From: Selaginella moellendorffii
Lineage: Eukaryota > Plantae > Lycopodiophyta
NCBI RefSeq assembly: GCF_000143415.4
Contig: NW_003314274.1
Coordinates: 311,209-375,208 of the forward strand
Direction: 5' to 3'
DNA length: 64,000 bases
The translations under genes and the position numbers were made by a program. The notes under the pieces were generated by a model that saw only the letters and a list, made by a program, of their open reading frames with translations, was not told the origin of the DNA and made no database searches. Positions 36,853-51,225 of the stretch are shown here, piece after piece (position 1 is the stretch's first letter; each line of letters starts with the position of its first letter).

Positions 36853-37996
36853 TCAAGCACGCGTGACCGGATATGCCTCGACCTCAATCCCATCCTCGCT
36901 CTCAATGTTGGACTGGACTTCCACCGCTTGCGCTGCAGGTTGAGGTGCTTTACTTTTGTTTTGTTGCTCATTTGGGCAAGTGGTGGCGTAGTGTCCTTTC
37001 TGTCCACACCGGTAGCACGTGATGTGGGCAGTCGAACCTGGTCTTGGTAGGAGCTTGGGTTGAGGTGGGGCTAGAAGTCGAAGTTGTTGATGATCTTGGT
37101 TCTGCTGTCGCTGAGGTCGCTGTTCGAACTGCTGTTGTTGTTGTCGCTCGAACCATTGACGTTGCCTCGGATGGTTCGTCATGCGTGGGTAATCTTTTCC
37201 AGTAATCACTCGGTTCCACTTGTGCAGCTGCTGGTTCGGGTCTTACGTAGTATCGACAGCTCCTTGCTCCATGTCCTGTTTGATTGCATATCTGACATCT
37301 GGGGATTTTGCACGCATTTGCATAGTGCCCTACATTCTTACAGATGGAGCAGAATATATCCTTTCTTCTGGGCTGTTGAATATCCAAATCTTTCAGTTGT
37401 TGTTCCATTTTCTTGACCAAGTAAGCTGACCGATCGACACCACCTTTCGTACGAAGCTCCTTTCTGAGTGCATTGCTTGTTTTGCACAGTATCTTGTCGA
37501 CTTTCTCTGCAGCCGCACGAGCAGTGTCCAATGTGGTGGGTGCCTCTAGCCGTACTGGAGTCTGCATCTCAGACCGAAGTCCGTTGAGAAACCAGTTCAT
37601 AGCAGTGGTGGCATCACACCGGCCATAGATTTTGTTAAACCTTCTGGCATAGTCTTCTGCCAACTCAGTATCCCCTTGGTAGATCTCTTGCAATCTCACC
37701 ACTAGATCACGGCGCTCGTACTTCTTCTTGTAGTATCCTTTGAAGTCGTCAGACAATGCAGCAAAGGTGGTGTAGGTAATGTTCCGGTCGTAGAACCATT
37801 CTGCCACATCTCCCTTCAAAGTGAAAGGAAACAGTGCAATCTTCTTGACATCCGTTATCTCGTTGTTGAGTGCACATGCCGCATTGAACTGCTTCAAGTG
37901 CCGCTCGTAGTCTTCATTCTCCATTCCATGAAAGGTAGGAGGAAGAGCCTTCTTCATGATGACGGGGTTGGATGTTCCTGCCATTGAAACCAACAC
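36853..37996 (-). pseudogene. Element C Gag with three CCHC zinc knuckles
   Basis: PPTFHG...FPFTLKGDVAEWF; CSICKNVGHYANAC, CQICNQTGHGARSC, CYRCGQKGHYATTC. Confidence 0.9.
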
Positions 37997-40900
37997 GGGT
38001 TGTACTACCTGTTGATTCCCTAATGCGTGGAAGTACTGATCGAAGTCAAGTTTCTTCTGACTTCTGTCAGTGTTGTCACTTCTTTTTTCGCTATCCTCCT
38101 CTTCATCTTCGGCTTTGTCGATGACAGCCTCATTGTCCTTCCTCCCAAAGATACTTCCAACCGAGCTGAGTATCCTCCCCGGAGATGAATCTTTAAATCG
38201 ATCTACGAAGCTCCTCCTTCTGGTGGGCTCCCTTTCTTCACTATTGTGCTCGTACCTTTCGTATCTCTTCTGGAATCCTGAATATTCTTTAGGGTTTGCC
38301 CCACCAGAATTTCGGTTTCGGTTCTTCCCCGAGCTCGCTCTTGGTCAAGCCGAGCTTGTTCTTGAGCTATCCTGTCCCGCTCTTCGGCTTCCTCTTTCTC
38401 GAGTCGCCTTCTCTCTCAGAGCTTGATAGCTTCAACGTCTCTTAATGCATCTCTCTTCTTCAAACACGCTTTTCGCTCGTCTTCCTGTCAAGCTTTTACC
38501 TCAGGAGGTATTTCCCGCATACCTCATAATTCTTTGTGTAAGGGGGACTGCTAGACACAACGTTCCACGTTGCCGCCAGGTGCTCTGCAATTGGAACTGC
38601 TCGTCACGGTGCTCGTGATGCTCCATCGCAAATGTCTCCGATCCAATTCTCTGCGCTGCTCCTTCCTTGGGCTTCTGCGCAGGTCTTCGGCTTTCCTTGC
38701 TGATTTCTCAAAATGACTGATCAGTAAAAGAGATTTTTCCGGAATTTTTCAGCATGCATGAAAGAGAAAACTAAAAAAGAAAATGCAGATTCTGTGACAA
38801 CCATCCCACCGTGGTCGCCATGTGTTATCATGGAAAAACGGGTGATAAAAGAAGGAAACAAAGGGGAAAAGGGAAAAGGGGTTTGGAATGGTGAAATCGC
38901 GAAATGGTTGGCTCAGTTGAGTATTTGGTCGCCAGTCGGATTACAAGTCCGACAAGAATAGAAAGAGAGGCTACATGATGGGCCGGTCGTACAACTCCTC
39001 GATCTGCAGTAAGAACTTGGCTGTCAACAGAACTGAAGGTGGGCAAGGATGGCACAGGCCACAGAATCAACAAAAACCCAGAACGAGTGAATGCACTGGT
39101 ACAACAGAAAGTAAAACTGAGTGAAAACTAAATGCATCTTGGTGTCAATCCCGGAACACAGAGTAGGAAGTCAAATCTCACAAGCAGTTGATAAAGAAAA
39201 GTTTTACAGAGCTTTCCTTTGTGCAGAGTAGAGATGGGATAAAATTCTCACTCTCACAGCTAGCCTATTTATACTAAGTCCTTGGCAACCGTGTCCGTGC
39301 TTGTCGCCATGGTCCTTTTGGGTTTGTGTCTGCAGTATGGATGTCGTCATCTGGCAACCACTCCTAGTAACTGCTTCTGGGTCATTTGTACCCATCTGGT
39401 GTTCGAGTCTGTTGTAGAGTTGCTGCTGTAGAGTGTCGAACTGAGATCGCTGAGAAACTGAAGTTGGAGTCGTTGGGTTGGAACTTGGGCAGTTGGACCT
39501 TGAGTCCAACTGTTTGGGACTTAGCGGCATTTTAATGTTTGAACTTGTGCTGCTGAATATTCCTTCCATCCGACTTTTTCCTTTATTAGCTTAGCAAGTC
39601 ATCCAACTAACATAACATGGTTTTATATATAAGTGTGAAAGCCCTCAAACATTGACTTTTGTTCAAAGTTATTTCTTTGAACACTTGGGAACTATTTCTC
39701 CAACCTTGATAGCCTCATTTCATAATTAGCTTTAAAGTTATGATTCTGCTGTGCCATTCTAATTTCATACATTCTTATAAACCATTCACACTTATCTTTC
39801 TAAGTAATAATTTACCTAGAATTATCTTTAGGAATATTGAAGGGACTTTATCCCTTATCTTGCTAAAGTTTCTCCTTTCGTAAGCTTTGTAACTTCTATA
39901 TAGTCTAATATGAGCAATTTCATATTTTAGACCCACTATGGCATTATATTTGTTAGTAGCAACATTTTTGAGCACTCACTTGATTTTTCACTCCCAACTT
40001 GCATAACTACCCTTGGTTATACCCTTCAATTTTTATGATTCAGTTCTATCCTTTTATTACTTGCTCTTGGCTTTATACGTTCCTTTTGGTTATTCTCCTC
40101 CAGACTAAAAGAGTAGCTTTGCACTTTCTACCATGTCTTAGTAAGTATTCTTAAGGATGAACTTACTCAATAATTTAGGGAGTGGTTCTTCAATCTAGAT
40201 ATTCTCACTTTATAATCCCACACATCAAGATTAACATCACTACTTATAAACTTTTCTATACCCATTGCTAGCAATGCCAAAATCTTTTTGGCTTTATCCA
40301 CTTTAAATAGTTAGACTTACTCTATTTTTAGCTTTTGTTAATCTTGGATATTAGATAACATTTACTATTCATTTTTCTCTAATGCCCTCAAAATACCCAA
40401 ACACCACCTCTTTGGTGTTTTTAATGTTTATGTGATAGACTTTCTAGGCAATAAGCATTTCTTATTGATACTGACCCACTATATTGCAACATAAACATAA
40501 CATCCCTTAAAGGATGTGTTTAAATCCCCTCTAATACCAAATTTAAGTTTTTGAATTTTGACTTCCCAAGAGGTTATATAACCTAGTACTATTCAAACCC
40601 AGTAACATTTAACCTTAAGTATCATAAAACCCTTTAGAAAAGGGGGTGTACTTTTATTTATTAGGCCCTTTCCCTTTATATTTGAACCCTACAAATTGTC
40701 TTTTAAGTTGTTCTCTTTGGTTGCTTATAATCTACCACGTTTCCTTGCAAGATCATACCTAAATGAACAAAAGTTAAGAGTTATAGCTCTTTCAAAAGTT
40801 CTACTCTCTTGACACCCTACCCCTCGGATCAAGCCTAATCAGAGGCAAATTGGATATACTAGATATCAATTTCAATATATCATATGATTCCCATATCCAA

Positions 40901-43399
40901 CTAATAGAGTTGGACCTGAGACAACTCCAATACTAAGTTGTAAGTGATTAAATTTTTCATTCTACTTTAGTCAGTTAACTATATCTTAAACCACTTGGAG
41001 AAATTTCACTCACAATCTCTATAAATTTCATTCCCAACTTCGTGATTTACTAGCCCCATGAAAGTCCTCTATGCCACTCGGCCTTTGCACTTAGTCCAAG
41101 TGCACCACATGTCCAATCCCACAATAAACACCTAAATGTACTATTAATATATTAGCCCATTATGCTAAGGCCATGTCCATTTGCCTTTATCTCATTAATA
41201 GTCTAAAACCACTTGTACCATAGTCTCATCTCTGAAAGACTATGCCATCTATCCATAAGTGGTCATCCCATGACTACACTTTAGCATCTTTAGGGTGCCT
41301 GAAGACAAGGGAAAACCCTCCCCCAATATCCCTTCTTTAATTCCCTCTCTATCCATGATAATGTAAGGAACCAACTCCCCGAGGTGTCAAAGGCTAAAGG
41401 ATTCTTAAAAGCACGACTAAAATGATAAAAAGTTCATCAGATGAGACTGAGTCCAAGATCGAGTCTGAGACTGACTCTAAGACCAAGTTCGAGATTGACT
41501 CTAAGATTGAGTTTGAGATTGAGTCCTAGATCAAGTCCGAGACTGACTTCGAGACCAAGTTTGAGACCAAGTCCAAGACCGAGTTCAAAACCAAGTCTGT
41601 GATTTGATATCGGGTCCAAAACCGAGTCTGAGATAGAGTCTGAGGTCAGGTCCAAGATCGAGTCCGAAATTGAGTTTGAGACCGAGGTCCAAAGTCAAGT
41701 CCAAGATCAAGTTTGAGACCAAGTCTGAATACTAATACAAGTCATGGGGTGAAAGCCCAAAGCGTGTGTCTTCTAGGGGAGGGGGGGTGTTATAAAGGGT
41801 TCTAAAAGTATAGTAATAGTAAGGATAGTGAAGTCTAGGAATCAGTTTTGAAGGAACTCTTCAATGGTGCTTCCAAACTGACTTGAGGTTGAGACTAGGG
41901 CCAAAGGGCCTTAGGTGGGAGTGAGCATGGACTCGGGTGATGCCAAAGGGGCCATCCAAGGAAGTGCTCAAGAGCAGCTCCCACTCTCGGAAGGGAAGCC
42001 GACTGCGGTGTTCCCGGCTCATGTGGAGTGATGCCCCACTTGAGTACTTTGCGGCTCATTGGTCCTTGCCCTTCCTAGGGGCTTGGGCCTTTCCTTTGGG
42101 ATGGAAGTGGGGGAGTAGGGGTACCTATATTGGGCTGTTAGACCATGGTGTTTCCTCCTGGTGTCCTGAAGCAAGTGTTGCACCCAAGGCTTAGGATTTA
42201 GAGGGTCCTATGATCAAGTCTTATTGTACTAAGGGATGTTAGAACCTAGAGGCTTGGTGTGTTTGGCTGCTTATGCCTGTGGGGAGTGTAACTGAACCTT
42301 AAGTCTAGTCTAACCTAGAGAGGGGGATTGAGAGAGATTTGGAAATCCGTGGATGGATGGCTAACGCTCTATTACTCGTGTAGTGAGTAATTGAAACCAA
42401 GTAGGACCAAGTAGAAGCTAGTACAATAAATGGGAATGTAGGCGAGGGAATTTAGCAAAGGCCAAGGCAGTGTTGGTCAGATAGAAAAAGTAAGTTGGCA
42501 AATTGGAAAGGAAAAATTTATGGCTTAAAATTTGGTATCGGAGCCTTTTCCTCAATTTTAGCGAAGGATAGAGGTGGATTGCTAGTAGATGGCAAAGGCA
42601 AGGTGTAAATGAACGAAGGTGGAGACGGAACTTCCTCTAGAGTTGGAGCCTCCGGTCGAATAAGAGGCTATGGATGAGGAATCCTTGCATAATGAGGATT
42701 CCAGTGAGGAAACTTTGAAACAGGAGTCCGGTGGTGAGGTGAGGTCATCCAAGGCTCAATTGGACCTTCTAGAAGGACAATTGGCTCAGACCAATGCCCT
42801 GTTGGAGACTCTCGTATGCAAGCTAAAGTGTGACGAGAAGCAGAAGAAAAAGCAAAAGACAGCAGATGCTGGCATTACAGAAGACGTGGACCATTTGGTG
42901 GGGACTAAAGCAGAACTAAACAAGGTCGAACAAACCGAAGTGGAATCAATCCCTCAAACAATTGCCAAGTACAAACCAAAGCCCCCACCGGTTTTTAAGG
43001 GAGTGAATGACTATAAAGTGGTGGAGGATTCATTTTACGAAATGGAGGATTACTTCTGAGCGTTGCAGTTACCGAGCTCAAAGAAGGTCTCATGTGCAAA
43101 ACCATACTTGGTAGATAATGCCAAGTCTTGGTGTAAAATAATAGAGGCTAACGAAGGACTGGTGGCAACTTAAGAAATGATGAAAGCAATGATCTATATG
43201 ACTTATGTTCCTCCAAATGCTACTTTGCACCTAAGGGATGAGTTGAGTAGGCTAAAGTAGACCAGAACCATTCAAGAATATATGGGTTTATGGCAAAGAG
43301 GATACTTGTCACGGATATGAATGATATGGATGTGTTTCATGCCTTCATATCAGGCTTGCAAACTTGGGCTCGTGGCGAGGTGATGCATTAGAACCTGAC

Positions 43400-46300
43400 T
43401 ATAAGCGACTAATTTTTCCATTCTACTTTAGTCACTTAACCACACCTCCGACCACTTGGGGGAGTCTCACTCACAACCTCCATAAGTCCTATTTCAAACT
43501 TGGGCTTGCTAGCCCCGAGAATGGCATCCCCGCCACTCAACCTTTGCACTTGGTCCAAGTGCTCCACGTGACTGATCCCATGACCGACACTCCAAGGTAC
43601 CACCAACATATCAGCCCGTTACGCTAAGGCCATGCCAATTCACCTTGGTCACACCGGTGGTCTGACACCACCTCCATCATAGTCCCGTCTCTCAAAGACT
43701 GAGCCATCCATTCATGAGTGATCATCCCAGATCCACTCCTTAGCATCCTTAGGATGCCCATAGATATGGGGAATAACCTTCCCCCAATGTCCCTTTTCTG
43801 ATCCCCACCAAGTCCCTTTTCTGTCCATGGCCATGTTCGCCGACACTGCCACTAGATCAAGGCCCACCGGCCCGACCACTAAGTCCCATGGTCCTCTGGG
43901 ACTTCCTCACCATGTGACTGTATCCTTAGTCACTACACTAGAGGATTGCTCCCATTTGGGACTCTGGGACAACATTTCGGAATACCGTGGGCCTACGCGA
44001 GCCCCGTGGGTACTCTCCCCACCTTCCGCTTTTAGGTGCTCTAGCCATGGGCTTAGAGTGAGGTTCTGTTGAGCCATGACTGGTATCCAAGTAGGTAGTG
44101 CCACCCACACTTGGACTGGGAGCATCGGCCAGTCGATCTCCCAGGGGAACTAGAGCCGACTCTTGAACACTTCACCAAGCTACCCCGCTTGTCGGTCCGT
44201 ATTCACTCTAGTCTTGGACTTCCCAGTGGTCAGTTCATCACCCAACACTAGGTCTGGCCTTCCTGGGCCAAACTGGCCTTTCCTGGCCAAATTGGCTCCA
44301 CTGCAGTCCTCCCCCTTACTATACTTTTGGAGCTCACCAAACCCCCCAGGGTCTGGGAGACGAACGCTCTGGGCTTTCACCCTCTCAGACTCAAACTCGA
44401 ACTCGGACTTGGACTTGGACTTGGACTCGGACTCGGACTCGGTCTCGGCCTCCACCTCGGTCTCAGTCTCGGTCCCGGTCTCGGTCTCGACCTCAAACTC
44501 CATCTCGGGTCCTTCTCAGACTCCATCTCGGATTCCATCTCGGGTCCATCTCGGACTCCATCTCGGTCCATCTCGGACTCCATCTCGGACTCCGTCTCGG
44601 TCCATCTTGAACTCCATCTCGGACTCCATCGCGGACTCCACTTCGGACTCCATCTCGGACTCCATCTCGGACTCCACCTCGGACTCCATCTCAGACTCCA
44701 TCTCGGACTCCATCTCGGTCCATCTCGGACTCCATCTCGGACTCCACCTCGGACTCCATCTCGGACTCCATCTCGGACTCCACCTCGGACTCCATCTCGG
44801 ACTCCATCTCAGACACCTCCACGTGTCATGTGTTGGTCCTTTTGGGTCCCTTTTTGGAGCCTCGCTTATTGCTCGCTTCGTGCTTGTTCCTCGAGCACTT
44901 TGTTGGGAGTTCCCCTCCCGCTCTCGACCTTTCAAGTCGGAGCTTTTAGTCCAAACGTGTTACGCTCGTTTGGCTTTTGCTTCGGCCGCTACCACGTAGC
45001 ACCCTTCCGACTCCACTTTGGGGCCTAGGAATTTTGTGTCTCACAACTCCACCACCCATAGACGAAGTTCGATGTCCTCATCGAACGGTAAACCCTTTTA
45101 TAAAGTAACACCCGCAGGTATTACCATTCCCATCCTTGGCACCCGGCCAATATTTGTCTATGGTTTGACCCCGAAGGCTCACCATGCCTTGTCATCCTCT
45201 AAGGAGGATAGTCTCTCCAACTTAGAGACTAATTGGACCACTTGTGGTGGTTCTTTCTGTTTATTGGTTTAGTTTTCGCTAAACTTGTTAGAGACACCGT
45301 CTCTATCCCAATCCCACTACTCCATCTTGAGTAGTCTCAGTTTTCATCAATATAACCTTTGCACTTTGGAACGTTTACTTTTGACTTCTTGAAGTCAATT
45401 TTCTTAGGTGTCTTCGACACCTTGCATTGCACATAATATGCAAGTCCACTTCCCTATCCTAGGAAGTTCTTTACTTGAGGGCAACATCATCCTCTTTTCT
45501 ATTTTGTGCCACCTTTGGCACTACGTTAGAATTATCATCATTTGTGCCAAGGCTGTCCACGGCCCTATCATTTGGCTACTTTGCCACTCCTCACTTGGAG
45601 CTTTTACTTCGCCAAATTGGAGCACTTGGGAATCTATCCTTGGAAGTCCACTTCCTTTTCCGCAATCCGTTAGCATCAAACACATTTGTGTTCCTTGGCT
45701 AACTTTGCCATTTGGATTCCTTCCCATGATTCCCATGGCTCTTTTCTTGGCCACTAGTCTTTTACTCCTATCCTTGATTGCTGCACCCAGCAACATAGGA
45801 TCGCTACCTCCATTTTTTAGGTTTCCTTTCGGTTCCATAGCAAACGCTTTGCTTTGCCAAGTCTAGAGGATGTTCACCCCTAGTACGTCTCTTTAACATT
45901 TTCTATCGTGGGCTCTATCCACGGCCCAACTTTTTGAGACCCTCCCTTGGATCTCTTATAGAGACTACTTTCCTTGGACTTACTATGCCATAGCATTGAC
46001 ATAACTCATTTCCCTTAGGTGTTCTTCCCACTTGGTCACCTCGACGAAGCCACACCTTTATCAATAGTTCAAATCAAAACTTTGAACTAGGAATCATATT
46101 CCTTAACCCAAACAAAGACTTTGTCCTTGTTTAGCCACAAGATCACCTAGTGATCTCATCTTGACCCCTTAATAGGTCTATCAATAGGAACTAGGTCTTC
46201 CAGACCCTTCTAAGTTGTTGACTATGACCCCGGGGGCATCCCCCACACTCGGTGGTGCGCCCAAGCCAGCCCTTTTGGCCAAGGATCTATAGCAACTGAG

Positions 46301-49300
46301 ACTTGGGTGTCCCCATCTCATTCACCACGTCCTTGGTGCCCTTTGCACCAAAGTGTTCAAGTTAGATATGCCAAGCTTTCACTCTAAGCAATCTAACTGT
46401 GCATCACGACTCCGAGGCATCCCTCGCTTGGCGGTGTACCTAAACCAGTCTCCTCACTGAGAGTCCATGACCACCGAAATATGAGTGTCCTCATATTCCA
46501 AACCATCACCACGCCCTAGTGATTTGGGACTCGAACCCAAGCACTAGAGGGTTGGGATTCGAACCCAACCTCCGTATATGCATCTACGGACGGCATCACC
46601 CTAGATGCTTGGCGTGACCCCCCCACGCCGGTGCACCAACTTATACTTAAAGTGCGCTACAGATCATAGCTTAGGAACTTAGTTCCTCCACACTACCAAG
46701 TCCTCTCACTTGACAAGTCCGTGATCATGCATGGACTCCTCCATGCTTGGCCCCATAGCCCACCCTTTTTGAAATAATCACCTTCAACTAGGGTATTCAT
46801 TCCCCTAACTTGCCAATCTCGTTTGGCAAGTCCTTCGACCATTGTAACATGGTTCCTGCATAAGCGTGAAAATCCTTGACCATCGACTTTCGTTCAAAGC
46901 CCTCTCTTTGAACACTCGGGAACTACTTCCCTAACCTTGATAGCCTTGCCTCATGACAAGCTTCAAGACCATGCTTCTGCTGCGCCACTCTAATTTCGCG
47001 CGTTCCATGAACCATTTACACTTGGCCTTTCTAGGTATTAAGTTACCTAGAATCATCTTTGGGAACCTTGAAGGAACTCTGTTCCTTAGCTTGCTAAGGC
47101 CTCCCTTTTTGCAAGCTTTATAGTTGCTATATAGTCTAACATGAACAATTCCATATTTTAGACTCTCCATGGCCTCACGGTTGCTAGCAACAACATCCTT
47201 GAGCACCCTCTTGATTCTCCACTCCCAACTTGTATAACCGCCGTTGGATATGCCTTTCAATTTCTATGGTTTAGTTCCATCCCAATACTACTTGCCTTTT
47301 GGCCCCATATGTTTCCTTTGGTTATTCTCCTCCAAACTAGGAGAATAGCTTTGCACATTTTACTATGCCTTAGCAAGTATGCTTAGGGATGAACCTACCC
47401 GATAGCTTAGGGAGTGGTTCCTCAATCTTGGGCATGCTCACTTTATAATCCCACACACTAGGGTTAACGTTGCTGCTTATAGGCCTTTACATGCCCATCA
47501 CTAGCCTTGCCAAAATTCCATTTTTGGCTTTGTCCAATTCGGGTAGATAGTCTTCTTTTGTCTCCACAACATTAAACATTTGGATAGCACCTTCTATCCA
47601 TCATTCGTTAAGGACTTAGTCCCTTGGGCCTTATCTATTGCCCGTGCGACACGAAACACCACCTCCTAGTGTTCTAGAGTGTTTGGGTGTCCCAATGATG
47701 GCCTCCGGACAATGAGCATTCCCATTTACGACATTGACTTACTATATCGCAACATAAGCAATTTATCCCCTGTAAGGGTATATCTAACTTCCTTATACCA
47801 TTAAGAAGTCTTGGGTAGTTACCTTCTACCCGTTTAACCAATTATCTTGCACCTCTTGCTTAGTTGCCCCATAGCTGTCAAGTCCTACAACTCATTGCTT
47901 GGTGCTTCCACACCTCCATCATTATCTGGGTCACCACACTCCAACTACATGCCTTTCAGCTTAGGCCATACCTTTCCCGCTTCCATTGGGATTCCCTTGG
48001 CAAGGGGTTCTTATGAACCCACCATCATAACCTCAAGGTATCACACCTTGGCACATTTGGTGTCTCCACACCATTGGCCCCACGAGCCTATCCTTATGAC
48101 ACTACTTATTAGTGTTTAGGTCTTTGCCAAGACCAATATAGTTGTGCCTCATGCTAACTATCCGTTAGCACATAGTGTTTGCACCCAATTATGGGCCAAA
48201 GTTGCTTTCTTCAAGGAACATCCTTCCCACAACTTTAGTATGGCACATTCTGCCATCAATGAGATACCCATTGTTCTCACACTTGGATTTTATGATCCTC
48301 CCCATACCTTATGGGGCACCATATACCTCAGTCCAAATGCTTCTGCCAATCCTTTAGGACCATTCCCTGACTCCACTTGAGTCATCCAGCATTTTGGATT
48401 TTGCTAATCCCCCGACCTATAAGGTTTTACTTTCGAGGTGCCAGCTCACTGGAATATAACTTTCTTGTATTCAGGTCCTGTTCACAAGGACCATCTTTTC
48501 AAGTGTTACTCTGATACTTGATTTGTTCTTTTGGGCAGCCCTTTGCCCCTTAGGACCACTTGTCCATGTGATGAGAACACCAACTCATCTTTTGAGTACA
48601 GCCCTAACTCCTTGGGTTGTTCCAGCATTTATTAGGGGTAGCCCCGGCTACCATTTCAAGGATTTGTGTCCTTTTCCGTATTTGACCTCCCATGGTCATC
48701 AATTCCGGTCTCAAAGTTATGAGCACCAACCTCAACTATATGAGGGTAATCTTGTGACCCCTTTATTGTTTTGGAGTCTACATCTTTCCCGTGATCCCAA
48801 CTATAGTTGTTTACCACAACTACGTTAGCCCGTTTGCTGCGTCAAACACTCATCTGGATCACATCCTCAGCTCTCTGAGGAAACCTTATACTGTTCCCAA
48901 GATCCCAAAGTTGTTCCATAATTGGCCCTTTTCTATCCACCACATCGTGCCCAAGTTCACGCATGAACTTGAGTGGAGAGCCATGTCCTCTCGACATGCT
49001 ACTCCTCAAGGATAGGCCCACTCTTAGGACCTTCCGATGCCAGCATCAATAGTGATATACTTGAGCACCAATAAAAGTCGGACTAAGGAACAGCTCCGAT
49101 ACCAAGTTGTAAGCGACTAATTTTTCCATTCTACTTTAGTCACTTAACCACACCTCCGACCACTTGGGGGAGTCTCACTCACAACCTCCATAAGTCCTAT
49201 TTCAAACTTGGGCTTGCTAGCCCTGAGAATGGCATCCCCGCCACTCAACCTTTGCACTTGGTCCATGTGCTCTACGTGACCGATCCCATGACCGACACTC

Positions 49301-50730
49301 CAAGGTACCACCAACATATTAGCCCGTTACGCTAAGGCCATGCCAATTCACCTTGGTCACACCGGTGGTCTGACACCACCTCCATCACAGTCCCGTCTCT
49401 CAAAGACTGGGCCATCCATTCATGAGTGATAATCCCAGATCCACTCCTTAGCATCCTTAGGATGCCCATAGATATGGGGAATAACCTTCCCCCAATGTCC
49501 CTTTTCTGGTCCCCACCAAATCCCTTTTCTGTCCATCGCCATGTTCGCCGACACTGCCACTAGCTCAAGGCCCACCGGCCCGACCACTAAGTCCCATGGT
49601 CCTCTGGGACTTCCTCACCATGTGACTGTATCCTTAGTCACTACACTAGAGGATTGCTCCTCCTCCTTTCCCCCATTTGGGACTCCGGGACAACATTTCG
49701 GAACACTGTGGGCCTATGTGAGCCCCGTGGGTACTCTCCCCACCTTCCACTTTTAGGTGCTCTAGCCATGGGCTTAGAGCGAGGTTCCATTGAGCCACGC
49801 CTGGTATCCAAGTAGGTAGTGCCACCCACACTTAGACTGGGAGCATCGGCTAGTCGATCTCCCGGGGGAACTAGAGCCGACTCTTGAACACTTCACCAAG
49901 CTACCCCGCTTGTCGGTCTGTATTCACTCTAGTCTTGAACTTCCCAGTGGTCAGTTCATCACCCAACACTGGGTCTGGCCTTCCTGGGCCAAACTGGCCT
50001 TTCCTGGCCAAACTGGCTCCACTGCAGTCCTCCCCCTTACTATACTTTTGGAGCTCACCAAACCCCCCAGGGTCTGGGAGACGAACACTCTAGGCTTTCA
50101 CCCTCTCAGACTTGAACTCGGACTTGGACTCGGACTCGGACTCGGACTCGGTCTCGGCCTCTACCTCGGTCTCAGTCTCAGTCCCGATCTCGGTCTCGGT
50201 CTCGGTCCCGGTCTCGGTCTTGGTCCCGGTCTCGGTCTCGGTCTCGGTCTCGGTCTTGGTCTCGGTCTCGACCTCAGACTCCATCTCGGGTCCTTCTCGG
50301 ACTCCATCTCGGATTCCATCTCGGGTCCATCTCGGACTCCATCTCGGACTCCGTCTCAGTCCATCTCGGACTCCATCTCGGACTCCGTCTCGGTCCATCT
50401 CGGACTCCATCTCGGACTCCACCTCGGACTCCACCTCGGACTCCACCTCGGACTCCATCTCGGACTCCGTCTTGGTCCATCTTGGACTCCATCTCAGACA
50501 CCTCCACGTGTCATGTGTTAGTCCTTTTGGGTCCCTTTTTGGAGCCTCGCTTATTGCTCGCTTCGTGCTTGTTCCTCGAGCACTTTGTTGGGAGTTCCCC
50601 TCCCGCTCTCGACCTTTCAAGTCGGAGCTTTTAGTCCAAACGTGTTACGATCGTTTGGCTTTTGCTTCAGCCGCTACCACGTAACACCCTTCCGACTCCA
50701 CTTTGGGGCCTAGGGATTTTGTGTCTCACA
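43400..50730 (-). mobile_element. Family A copy A2, complete non-autonomous (LARD-like) element: LTRs 43400-45045 and 49108-50730, TSD CTGAC
   Basis: ctgac at 43395-43399 and 50731-50735; PBS rc at 49093-49104; PPT rc actccaccaccc at 45046; ~4-kb interior with no intact retro ORF. Confidence 0.95.
46232..46590 (-). other. Structured module in A2: duplicated stem element plus two T-arm-like hairpins
   Basis: gggggcatcc/gggtgtcccc stem (46232-46314, second copy ~46414-46492). On the minus strand, ggttgggTTCGAATcccaacc (46550-46570) and ttgggTTCGAGTcccaa (46524-46540). Confidence 0.65.
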
Positions 50731-51225
50731 CTGACCAACTACAAAGAAGCATTAGATGCAACTATCAAGGTGCATTTCAATGATAACCTGTGAAAGGGGA
50801 ACATGACAGGGTTGATGTCTACGTTTAGCAAAGGGGCCAAACCAAGGGGGATATACGACAAATGAAAATTCAAGAGGAGTTTCTCTAAGAATGAGTCCTC
50901 GGGGTTCCGAAAAGGTAGATCTAGTGGCCAATGAGCAAATATATGGGGGAGTCAAGCGAAAAAAGACAAACCCATGGATAAGTAGCATGGGAAACAATGT
51001 ATGCTTCAATTGCAGTGAAGCGGAACACTTTTCGAAGGAATGTCCACACCTGAAAAAGGCTAGAGCTAATATGACCATTAAGTCAGGTGAAATCCAAATT
51101 GAAGTACATGATTTAGTCCCTAGCTCAAAGTTACTCATTACATGAGCAACTTTGGTAAAGAGTCATTCTCGACATCTACTAGCCCTCCGAAGGAAGCTCA
51201 AAGGTAGCTTTGTTAAAATCCTTAT

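Larger units (their letters stand above)
28951..39588 (-). mobile_element. Full-length non-chromovirus Ty3/gypsy element C (10.6 kb): LTRs 28951-29710 and 38823-39588, tRNA-Arg PBS 38804-38820, 4-bp TSD GCTT
   Basis: LTR pair is visibly similar (ORFs 29326-29691 and 39204-39569). gctt flanks at 28947-28950 and 39589-39592. PBS is rc of TGGCGACCACGGTGGGA. Confidence 0.95.
28760..41361 (-). mobile_element. Old family A copy A3 (internal region, degenerate PBS ~40924-40935, LTR part 40939-41361), interrupted by element C
   Basis: 28760-28950 and 39593-40400 are colinear with A2 46620-47600. The LTR start tgtaagtgattaaatttt matches A LTRs. Confidence 0.75.

Noticed and set aside
44163-45028. Long Ser/Pro/His-Leu-Gly ORFs (also 1681-2310, 3293-3902, 49910-50684)
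   Set aside because: They are open in several frames and both strands because they are 6/12/78-bp tandem repeats inside LTRs.
46232-46314. Self-cleaving ribozyme (twister, HDV-like, hammerhead)
   Set aside because: cccaagcc resembles part of twister, but the other conserved core nucleotides and pseudoknots could not be matched by eye. An Infernal/Rfam search is needed.
46520-46590. tRNA gene or SINE
   Set aside because: Only T-arm hairpins are present; I could not build an acceptor stem, D arm/A-box or anticodon arm.
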